The position numbers and the translations under genes were made by a program. A stretch of DNA of 32,000 bases from Ruminococcus albus 7 = DSM 20455 (GTDB lineage: Bacteria; Bacillota; Clostridia; Oscillospirales; Ruminococcaceae). Shown here piece by piece: positions 1 through 6,739 of the stretch (its first letter is position 1; every line of letters starts with the position of its first letter). Below the pieces are notes generated by a model, which was not told the origin of the DNA, searched no databases, and worked only from the letters and a program-made list of their open reading frames with translations. The stretch covers positions 330,001 to 362,000 of the forward strand of contig NC_014824.1 in NCBI RefSeq assembly GCF_000179635.2, in the 5' to 3' direction.

Positions 1-27
1 CGAATATTATAATACGGAGGAATAAAA

Positions 28-690
28 ATGTTAGACGTAAAATCGATCAAAGAAAAATATCTCCCGGGAACCAGAGTGAAGCTTATTCACATGGATGATC
101 CATATCATCCTGTTCCGGATAATACCTGCGGTACTGTCACTGAAGTTGATGACGTAGGTACTGTTCACGCAAAATTTGACAACGGAAGCGGTCTGGGGAT
201 ATGTCTTGAAGTAGATAAGGTAGAGATAATTGAAATACCATATGTAAGAAAGCTTTATAGAACAGGTAAAGATTCGATCTCCTGCTATCCCATCAATGAA
301 GATTCTGTAGAAATTAAACCAAGCAGCGTATTTGATGATGAATTTGATATCATTGAAAATGACGAAGAAAAAGATTACGGATACACAGAAATTAGCTTTG
401 TAGAAGGGAAGTATCGTGCAGATTGCTGGAAACACAGGCTTCCGCTCAAAGAATTTAGCACATACGAAGAAGCGGTAAATGAGCTGAGAGAATGCTGTAG
501 TTATTGCAGCGGTGATGAAAATACAATAGAGGAAGCTATTAACGATCATCTCATTTGGTGGTGTTCTCACGTTTTTGTTGAGGATATTAAAATTAATAAT
601 ATTCCTGTTTTTGATTTGTCTGATGGTGAAATCAAAAATCTGCTTGATCGTGGTTTTTCAGGTAGCAGGATCTTTATTAGGAGGATATAA
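28..690 (+). CDS. DUF4314-type domain protein (N-terminal DUF4314-like module; Cys-containing C-terminal half of unknown function)
   Basis: 220-aa ORF with a GGAGGAA RBS at 16-22. The N-terminus PGTRVKLIHMDDPYHPVPDNTCGTVTEVDDVGTVHAKFDNGSGL fits the DUF4314 pattern as I remember it (PGtRV.L..MdDp..P...G..GTV..VDD.G...V.WDNG). That domain is typical of Firmicutes conjugative or integrated elements. Confidence 0.6.
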   Translation: MLDVKSIKEKYLPGTRVKLIHMDDPYHPVPDNTCGTVTEVDDVGTVHAKFDNGSGLGICLEVDKVEIIEIPYVRKLYRTGKDSISCYPINEDSVEIKPSSVFDDEFDIIENDEEKDYGYTEISFVEGKYRADCWKHRLPLKEFSTYEEAVNELRECCSYCSGDENTIEEAINDHLIWWCSHVFVEDIKINNIPVFDLSDGEIKNLLDRGFSGSRIFIRRI

Positions 691-842
691 TAAAAATGGG
701 AAGTCTGCAAGGAAGAATGATATGCCCAAATTGCGGAGCTGAAGGAGTATATAACGAATCATAAAATAACTTGTTATTGTTCCGAATTGTCCGATGTAAT
801 CAAAAACTCGGTTTGAATCAATAGAATATAGTATTCAGTTAG

Positions 843-869
843 ACTGCTGCAGAAATGTGGCAGTTTTTT
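843..869 (+). terminator. Rho-independent terminator closing the DUF4314 transcription unit
   Basis: ACTGCTGCA-GAAA-TGTGGCAGT forms a 9-bp stem (two G.U pairs) with a GAAA tetraloop at 843-864. A TTTTT run follows at 865-869. Confidence 0.6.
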
Positions 870-1047
870 ACTGTACTGTTCTTAATAAATATTTTTGCGT
901 AAAAATCGAACTGTATATAAAAATTCCTAAAAAAAATATAAAGCGAGGCGATTTTTTTTTATTTTCAATAATTTTCTTATATAATAAGAGTACAAAGCTT
1001 TCAAATAAACAACCAAACAATATTAAATCATGAAAGGAGAATTATGA

Positions 1048-1323
1048 ATGAATAATTCTATCACAAGACTGAAAGCATCAGCAAAAACAACTCCTAAGAA
1101 CCTTGCATGGGCAATCGTCTCTGCACTCAGCGGTAACAGTGAAAAAGTTGAGATAACAGCAGTTGGAGCCGCAGCAACAAACCAGGTAGTGAAGGCTTTA
1201 GCAATTGCTCGCGGAATGGCTATTACCAAGAATAGGGACGTTATCAGTAAAACGTCTTTTGCAACGCTGGAAATCGATTCTAAGCAGGTTACGGGTATAA
1301 TGTTTGATTGTAGCTTCCAGTAA
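1048..1323 (+). CDS. spoVS: SpoVS-like protein (stage V sporulation protein S family), divergent copy
   Basis: 91-aa ORF with an AAAGGAGA RBS at 1033-1040. KASAKTTPKNLAWAI...EITAVGAAATNQVVKALAIARG aligns by eye with Bacillus SpoVS (KVSAKS.PNSVAGAL...EIQAIGAGALNQAVKAIAIARG). Size matches the ~86-aa family. Confidence 0.75.
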   Translation: MNNSITRLKASAKTTPKNLAWAIVSALSGNSEKVEITAVGAAATNQVVKALAIARGMAITKNRDVISKTSFATLEIDSKQVTGIMFDCSFQ

Positions 1324-1425
1324 TACTTTAAAAAAGAGGCTGTTGCAACCGCAGCACCCTCTAACCATATCCGAACATCAGAGTAAAAAAATATTAACTG
1401 GTGAAATAAGCTGTTTCATTGCGCA

Positions 1426-1464
1426 CACCCCCAAGCCCTCTTCAAAAAAGAGGACTCGGGGGTG
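1426..1464 (-). other. Strong 17-bp hairpin just 3' of the transposase tail (IS-internal terminator-like structure)
   Basis: The arms are 1426-1442 and 1448-1464, with a 5-nt loop. On the minus-strand RNA all 17 positions pair (two G.U). On the plus-strand RNA the same two positions are A.C mismatches. This suggests the structure acts on the transposase transcript. No clear U-tract follows. Confidence 0.45.
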
Positions 1465-1481
1465 TTATGTTCTGCTGGTTT

Positions 1482-2226
1482 TTATGCCGTTTTCAGTTCA
1501 AAAAGAGAAATTCCAAGTCGGTTTTCTGAAATCTTTGCAAAAAGCTTCTTTATGTTGTATGCAAGTCCCAGCAAAAGGAACTCAGTTCTGATATGATGAT
1601 TTATGATGTCCTTTTCCGTAAACTCGTTCAATACCGAATTTTATCATAAGAGAAGACAGGGTCGAGATCATTTCCGATACTCCTGTATTTTCGGGGAATC
1701 TCACACCATAAGCATAATTTATCTCATCAAGTATCTCAGGCAGTTTGGTACGAAGTTTCTGCTCGTTTTTTGAGATCGCCTTTTTCCAGACGAATGTATA
1801 TCTGTTTGCATTAGCTTCGATCTTGGTGCCATCAATGAACAGGTTCTCGCCGCTTATCTCTTTCATATTCAAAAGATACTTTACAACAGTGTAAAACACA
1901 CGCTCGATCTGTTCTCCCATTTTCTGTCGAAATCTTGAGATAGTGCTGTGATCCGGAGCTCCAAAGCCATCGAGAAGCCACATGAAATGGATATCTCTTT
2001 TGCAGAGCTGTTCAATCTTACGGCTTGAAAAAGAGTCGTTCATGTAGCCGTAGATGAGTATCTTCATCATGATATCCTCGGGTATGGCGCCATTCCACTT
2101 GCTTACTATCGTGTATTCTTCTTTTTGATAGATCTCATCTATAACATTGCTCAATACTCTGACAGGTGAGCTTCCTTCGATGTAGATCTCATAATTCATG
2201 TTAAGACGCACTTGACAATTTCTCAT
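1482..2226 (-). pseudogene. IS1182-family transposase, disrupted: N-terminal ~214 aa plus an out-of-frame C-terminal tail, with the catalytic middle missing
   Basis: The N-terminal part (1582-2226/2268) has SSPVRVLSNVIDEI...YGYMNDSFSSRKIEQLCKRDIHFMWL...PDHSTISRFR...LFIDGTKIEANANRYTFVWKK, typical of IS1182 (DUF772-type) N-termini. The ORF stops at 1582. In another frame, 1482-1590 reads RTEFLLLGLAYNIKKLFAKISENRLGISLFELKTA*, which looks like the family's extreme C-terminus. Intact enzymes are roughly twice this length. The track start at 2268 is a TTG only ~5 nt from the -10, so ATG 2226 is the more likely start. Confidence 0.7.
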
Positions 2227-2560
2227 TTTTGTGGTACAATCCTTTCGGTGGTTTAATGGTTTTTGCAATTATATTATACCACAAAAAGAAGAGCTGGCAC
2301 CTTTCATTTCAGGTCTGTGCCAGGCTCTTTTTCTTTGTTGGGGCTGCAACAGCCCCTTGACTTTTATTCATTTGAAAACAATTACATCCAAAACTATCAA
2401 TTAGGTGATATGATATCATACAACTTTAATGATGAACTATCATTGAATCAAACACTTTATGTACAGAAACAGGGCGCAATGGTAATGGATATATCGAATC
2501 TTGTAATGTTACGTGCCAGTATGGCATACGCACTGCTATATAAGTTTGAAAGGATTAATC

Positions 2561-3754
2561 ATGAACCAAAGAATTATGAACGAAAAAGATTTCAGCATTC
2601 CTCAAATTGTAGAAAGCAATGATGAATATGTAGAAAAAGTTATTGCTATACTGAATAATTACAAAACAGTGATTCACGGAAGCATTAGTACAAAATATGA
2701 AACGGCTCTTTTGAAAGATGTTGATTTTGTATGCAATACTCTATTAGAAGCATTAATTCTTGGAACTAAAAGTAAATTTCCAGAAATGGATGAAAAAATG
2801 AAAAATCTGATAGGTTACTATTTAGTGGATGAATTTTGGGTTTCAGAATTAGATCATAACTATGCTTTCCGTGGTGTAACATATTTTGAAAAATTACATA
2901 GTCAGGGTTTTGTGCAACAATATGAAAAGCTGAAAGAAAATGACTTAACATTTTTTCGTGCAGTTTGCCAAAAAGAGACTCCGGATATAAACCGAATGCT
3001 CAATTGTCCTTTTTCATCTATATCTTATGCATCTGCCGGAAGATTTTCTAATCAAGGTGCGTCATGTATGTATTTAGGGACAACATCTTATGTTTGTGCT
3101 AAGGAACTGCGATTTGATGAGAAAACATACAGTCACTTACACGTATCCGCTATCAAATTTAACGAGCTTGGCAAGAAATTAAAAATCCTGAATCTTGCAT
3201 CATCAAAATATTTTAACATTTATGATAGAAGAGATAGTAATAATATAATTCTCAAAGAAATCTGGTTATCTCATCTAAAACTCTATCCCATCATTATTGC
3301 AACTTCTTTTGTTGTAGAAAATCACGCCAATGGTGAGATCAAATACGAGTATTTACTGTCACAGAGTTTGATGCGCACATTGAAAGAGAACGGAATAAAC
3401 GGAATAGCTTATGCTTCTAAAAGAAATACTAATAGCGACTTTGCAATTCCGCACAATATAAACTTGGCGATTTTAGTAGATGATGTCAGTGAAGAAAATG
3501 ATTACGGAACGCTAAAAAACTATTTATCAATTACAGAACCCCAAAAATTTACACAGTCGTTTGTTGACAAGATATCGGAATCAAATGATAATATCGAGCA
3601 TCATAGCTATGTCAACAGTAATTTCAGTGATCCTCATGACTTCAATTCAAAAATCCATTTGCAGGGTGATAACGAACTATATTCTAGTTCGCCATACAGC
3701 ATATTTGACGATTATCTTGTAAACCAACCATTCAAAGACGGAAACCAATTATAA
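2561..3754 (+). CDS. RES-domain-like protein with a long N-terminal extension (putative NAD-targeting toxin/effector), no cognate antitoxin seen
   Basis: ATG 2561 follows a GAAAGGA RBS at 2548-2554, so the track's GTG at 2513 is probably an over-extension. The central region TFFRAV...ASAGRFSNQGASCMYLGTTSYVCAKEL...GINGIAYASKRNT....NINLAIL fits the R / E / S signature and spacing of RES domains (GRfn..G...lYl.....a..E ... gi.y.S.......N.aif). The ~150 aa N-terminal to it and the ~100-aa C-terminal tail are unrecognised. Confidence 0.5.
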   Translation: MNQRIMNEKDFSIPQIVESNDEYVEKVIAILNNYKTVIHGSISTKYETALLKDVDFVCNTLLEALILGTKSKFPEMDEKMKNLIGYYLVDEFWVSELDHNYAFRGVTYFEKLHSQGFVQQYEKLKENDLTFFRAVCQKETPDINRMLNCPFSSISYASAGRFSNQGASCMYLGTTSYVCAKELRFDEKTYSHLHVSAIKFNELGKKLKILNLASSKYFNIYDRRDSNNIILKEIWLSHLKLYPIIIATSFVVENHANGEIKYEYLLSQSLMRTLKENGINGIAYASKRNTNSDFAIPHNINLAILVDDVSEENDYGTLKNYLSITEPQKFTQSFVDKISESNDNIEHHSYVNSNFSDPHDFNSKIHLQGDNELYSSSPYSIFDDYLVNQPFKDGNQL

Positions 3755-3761
3755 AATCACA

Positions 3762-3793
3762 GCGCCTACGCACTAACTCAAGTGAATAGGCGC
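3762..3793 (+). terminator. Possible terminator hairpin after the RES-like gene
   Basis: GCGCCTA-cg-CACT-aactca-AGTG-aa-TAGGCGC gives 7+4 bp with a symmetric internal loop, 8 nt after the stop. The downstream T-tract is weak (aagattt). Confidence 0.35.
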
Positions 3794-3812
3794 AAGATTT
3801 CCTCTCCGTGAC

Positions 3813-3936
3813 ATAATTGTTTCTCCCTCCTGACAATTATCTTGACGGCATAAACTCTTTAATAGTTATCTACGTTTGCTTTTGTGGCTACAAACAACAA
3901 GGTTAAGTCTTGTCCGCTCCCAATAATTGTAATTAT
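3813..3936. promoter_or_regulatory. Three copies of the octamer ATAATTGT / ACAATTAT upstream of the operon promoter (candidate operator sites)
   Basis: ATAATTGT at 3813-3820 and its exact reverse complement ACAATTAT at 3833-3840 form an inverted repeat. ATAATTGT recurs at 3923-3930 inside the palindromic ATAATTgtAATTAT (3923-3936). All copies lie within ~170 bp upstream of the -35 at 3980. Confidence 0.3.
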
Positions 3937-3979
3937 CGACGAACTTTAAACAAAGTGTTTGGAAAATGTGCATATTTCC

Positions 3980-4008
3980 TTGACTTTAACTATTCTTTGC
4001 TGTATAAT
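3980..4008 (+). promoter_or_regulatory. Near-consensus sigma-A promoter for the polysaccharide operon
   Basis: TTGACT (3980-3985), an exact 17-nt spacer, then TATAAT (4003-4008). It leaves a ~190-nt leader before the first ORF at 4206. No other same-strand gene lies between it and the operon. Confidence 0.55.
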
Positions 4009-4205
4009 ATTAAGGTGAATATGTTATAACAATACAACGTATTTTCATATCGTTCTGTGTTTCAATGATATTTTTTCACACAGGTCGGTATTTTTTATGA
4101 TTTTTGGAATTTCCTTAATCATTGCGATTAAAGAAATATTGATAATAGTGCCTTTTATAACTTTTTTAGTATACTCGCTAAGCCAATAAAACAGTGTGGA
4201 GAGGA

Positions 4206-4457
4206 ATGAGCATAATGGCTTTAACGTATAAAATTTCATCTTTTGTTAAGAACATAACATCTCCTGTCATAGTTTTAATTGGCAATAAGGAAACAGAGTT
4301 TCAGAATGGCAGTGCAGCATATGAAAAATCGTATGATAAGAATTATTTGGTTGCGGAAATCAGAGCTAAGGACAATAAGGTATGCATTGTTCTGAAAGAA
4401 AATGATAAAACCAATGATATTAACTGGATTGGCGAAGAACAGGCTTCGTTTTTTTGA
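4206..4457 (+). CDS. Small hypothetical protein (83 aa), first ORF of the operon
   Basis: GGAGAGGA lies just upstream and the possible starts are ATG 4206 or 4215. The TGA stop (4455-4457) is 1 nt from the ATG of the next gene (4459), which suggests translational coupling. I recognise no family. Confidence 0.45.
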   Translation: MSIMALTYKISSFVKNITSPVIVLIGNKETEFQNGSAAYEKSYDKNYLVAEIRAKDNKVCIVLKENDKTNDINWIGEEQASFF

Positions 4458-4458
4458 T

Positions 4459-4956
4459 ATGAACAAATTACTTATACTTGGTGCAGGACAATACGGGAAG
4501 GTCGCTTATGAGATAGCTAAAGCTATGGAACGATTTGAGCGTATTTCTTTTCTTGATGATTATTCTTCGGTTGCGATCGGCAAACTTAATGACTTTGATA
4601 AATATATAGGCGAATACAATAGTGCTGTTGTCGCTATCGGCAATGTAGTAATGCGGCTAAAATTGATTGAACAGCTTGAAAACGCTGGATATGATATTCC
4701 CGTTCTGATATCCCCGAGAGCATATGTTGCTCCGAGTGCTGTGATAGGCAAGGGTAGTTTTGTTGAGCCTATGACCGTCGTGCATACAGAATCGGTTATC
4801 GGCATTGGCTGCATCATTTCCGCAGGAGCGGTAGTAAATCACAATGCGATTGTTGGCGATGGTTGTCACATTGATTGTGGTTCGATAATCGGTGCAAGGG
4901 TAAATACTCCAAGGTACATTACAACAAAATACGGAGAGATTATCACACAAAATTAA
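4459..4956 (+). CDS. NeuD/PglD-family sugar acetyltransferase (Rossmann-like N-domain + left-handed beta-helix)
   Basis: MNKLLILGAGQYGKVAYEIA is an N-terminal nucleotide-binding-like fold. Hexapeptide repeats follow (VIGKGSFVEPMTVVHTESVIGIGCIISAGAVVNHNAIVGDGCHIDCGSIIG). The position directly upstream of a PglC-type transferase is classic. ATG 4459 is preferred over the upstream in-frame start at 4402. Confidence 0.75.
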   Translation: MNKLLILGAGQYGKVAYEIAKAMERFERISFLDDYSSVAIGKLNDFDKYIGEYNSAVVAIGNVVMRLKLIEQLENAGYDIPVLISPRAYVAPSAVIGKGSFVEPMTVVHTESVIGIGCIISAGAVVNHNAIVGDGCHIDCGSIIGARVNTPRYITTKYGEIITQN

Positions 4957-4975
4957 GTAAGCGAGGGATGTTTGA

Positions 4976-5866
4976 TTGAATAAAGCAAAGATCAAAAAGG
5001 CGGCTACGATAACAGGAGCTGCTTTAGGCTTAGCATTTATTGTTATGCGAAAGATTGCTAAACATCAAATGGCAAATGATAAATATAGAAATGATCAGTC
5101 CGAGCAAAATCCAATGTATAAGAAAAGGGTTGTTTTTATCGAAGATGATAATGATCCTGTGAATGCTGACGGAAAACGAGGACACCTTGAAGCTGTTGGA
5201 ATAAGTGAACATATTCAAACATTTTATGAAAAGTACATCAAGCGAGCATTGGATATTATCCTCTCTTTTTGTGGTATGGTGGTGCTTGCACCCGTATATG
5301 CAATGGCAGCTATTGCTATTAAGATAGACGATCCCGGTCCGGTGATTTTCAAACAGAAAAGAATATCTGAGCAGACAGGCTATTTTGATGTGCTGAAATT
5401 CCGTTCGATGAGAATGGATACACCCCGAAATATGCCCACGCACCAGTTATCCAATCCGGATCAATACCTACTACGAACTGGCAAACTTATCAGAAAATGC
5501 AGCATCGACGAACTTCCGCAACTGTGGAACTGCTTTGTTGGTTCGATGAGTATTATTGGACCACGCCCTGCGTTGTGGAATCAAGATTATTTGACTGCCG
5601 AACGAGACAAGTACGGTGCAAATGATATAAAGCCTGGACTTACAGGTCTGGCACAGGTGCACGGCAGAGATGAGTTGGAGATTCCGGACAAGGCAAAGCT
5701 GGACGGCGAATATGCCGCAGCACTCAAGAAGTCAAGCTGGTCGGGTCTGAAAATGGATATAAAGGTATTTGTAGATTCGGTAAAGGCTGTTCTCAAGAGC
5801 GACGGCGTTGTTGAGGGTGGAACCGGAGAGATTCATAAGCAGGAAGAGAATGAAAAGGTGTCGTAA
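4976..5866 (+). CDS. Initiating undecaprenyl-phosphate sugar-phosphate transferase (small PglC/WbaP-C-terminal-type PGT) with an extra N-terminal TM segment and linker
   Basis: Bacterial sugar transferase signatures are present: RALDIILSFCGMVVLAPV...DDPGPVIFKQKRIS..G..F.VLKFRSM, DELPQLWN...GSMSIIGPRP and KPGLTGLAQV. The TTG start at 4976 follows GAGGGA. The first in-frame ATG is 5045. Confidence 0.9.
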   Translation: MNKAKIKKAATITGAALGLAFIVMRKIAKHQMANDKYRNDQSEQNPMYKKRVVFIEDDNDPVNADGKRGHLEAVGISEHIQTFYEKYIKRALDIILSFCGMVVLAPVYAMAAIAIKIDDPGPVIFKQKRISEQTGYFDVLKFRSMRMDTPRNMPTHQLSNPDQYLLRTGKLIRKCSIDELPQLWNCFVGSMSIIGPRPALWNQDYLTAERDKYGANDIKPGLTGLAQVHGRDELEIPDKAKLDGEYAAALKKSSWSGLKMDIKVFVDSVKAVLKSDGVVEGGTGEIHKQEENEKVS

Positions 5867-6739
5867 ATGAAGAAGATCCTTATAACGGGTGCGAACAGTT
5901 ACATAGGCACTTCGTTTGAAAAATATATGGCGCATTTCGGTGCTGAATACCAGATCGATACTGTTGATATGATCGGTGATGCTTGGAAGAGTAAGGATTT
6001 TTCCGAGTATGATTGTGTTTTTCATGTGGCTGGTATCGCGCATTCCGACAACGGCAAGATCAGCAAAGAGAAGGAAAAGCTGTATTATGCTGTAAACACT
6101 GATCTTACTATTGAAACTGCGAAGAAAGCTAAAGCCGAAGGCGTTAAGCAATTTATTTTCATGAGCAGCGCAATAGTTTACGGCAACAGCGGACCTATTG
6201 GTAAAGGCAAGCGTATCACAAAGGATACACCTCTCAGACCTGCAAACTGCTACGGTGACAGCAAAGTACAGGCAGAGAACGGTCTGCGTAAGCTTGATGA
6301 TGACAATTTCAAGGTCGTTATCCTGCGCCCTCCAATGATCTATGGCAAAGGCAGCAAGGGCAATTACCCGCTGATGTCCAAAATGGCACAGAAGCTGCCT
6401 GTATTCCCTTACGTCAAAAACAGACGCTCGATGCTTTACATTGAGAACCTGTGCGAGTTTATCCGACTGATGATCGAGAAAAACGAGCAGGGTACATTCT
6501 GGCCGCAGAATAAGGAGTATAGCAATACTTCAGAAATGGTCAAGATGATCGGTGCGGCTCACGGTAAGAACGTGCATCTGATCCACGGATTTGAGTGGGC
6601 ATTGAAGATTCTGGGACTGTTCACCGGTCTTGTGTACAAGGCGTTTGGAAATCTGTATTATGACAGAAGTTTGAGCATATACAAAAGCAATTATAGAGTA
6701 TGCAGTTTAGCAGAAAGTATAAAGCGAACTGAGGAATGA
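5867..6739 (+). CDS. NAD-dependent epimerase/dehydratase-family SDR (Cap5N-like position; probable 4-keto reductase or 4-epimerase for the initiating sugar)
   Basis: ILITGANSYIGTSF is a glycine-rich NAD motif. MSSAIVYG plus the YGDSK catalytic Y-x3-K are present. TAAATG junction with the upstream PGT gene. Confidence 0.8.
   Translation: MKKILITGANSYIGTSFEKYMAHFGAEYQIDTVDMIGDAWKSKDFSEYDCVFHVAGIAHSDNGKISKEKEKLYYAVNTDLTIETAKKAKAEGVKQFIFMSSAIVYGNSGPIGKGKRITKDTPLRPANCYGDSKVQAENGLRKLDDDNFKVVILRPPMIYGKGSKGNYPLMSKMAQKLPVFPYVKNRRSMLYIENLCEFIRLMIEKNEQGTFWPQNKEYSNTSEMVKMIGAAHGKNVHLIHGFEWALKILGLFTGLVYKAFGNLYYDRSLSIYKSNYRVCSLAESIKRTEE

Larger units (their letters stand above)
1338..2356 (-). mobile_element. 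Internally deleted IS1182-family insertion sequence remnant (~1 kb)
   Basis: Candidate terminal inverted repeats are GGCTGTTGCAACCGCAG (1338-) and the reverse complement of 2340-2356 (GGGGCTGTTGCAGCCCC), with a 10-nt identical core GGCTGTTGCA. The element encloses a truncated transposase. On the minus strand it has an extended -10 (TGgTATAAT, + coordinates ~2273-2281) and a 3' hairpin at 1426-1464. Exact boundaries are uncertain. Confidence 0.55.

Noticed and set aside
706-774. 22-aa ORF MGSLQGRMICPNCGAEGVYNES (half zinc-ribbon CPNCG) after the DUF4314 gene
   Set aside because: It is too short, has only one CxxC pair, and I have no way to show it is conserved. It may be a truncated remnant or a real micro-protein, but it cannot be supported.
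1304-1591. + strand 95-aa ORF after spoVS-like
   Set aside because: It runs antisense through the IS1182 C-terminal tail and the 17-bp hairpin, overlaps the spoVS stop and has no RBS. The IS remnant on the other strand explains it better.
2263-2622. + strand 119-aa ORF upstream of and overlapping the RES-like gene (considered as a possible antitoxin)
   Set aside because: It starts inside the IS promoter and end region, reads through two hairpins and has no RBS. It overlaps the RES start in another frame and shows no Xre/HTH-like sequence. Its internal 47-aa version (from ATG 2479) also lacks an RBS.
4045-4239. Minus-strand 64-aa ORF in the operon leader
   Set aside because: It lies in AT-rich leader sequence, has no RBS, overlaps the start of the first operon ORF and is antisense to the predicted transcript.
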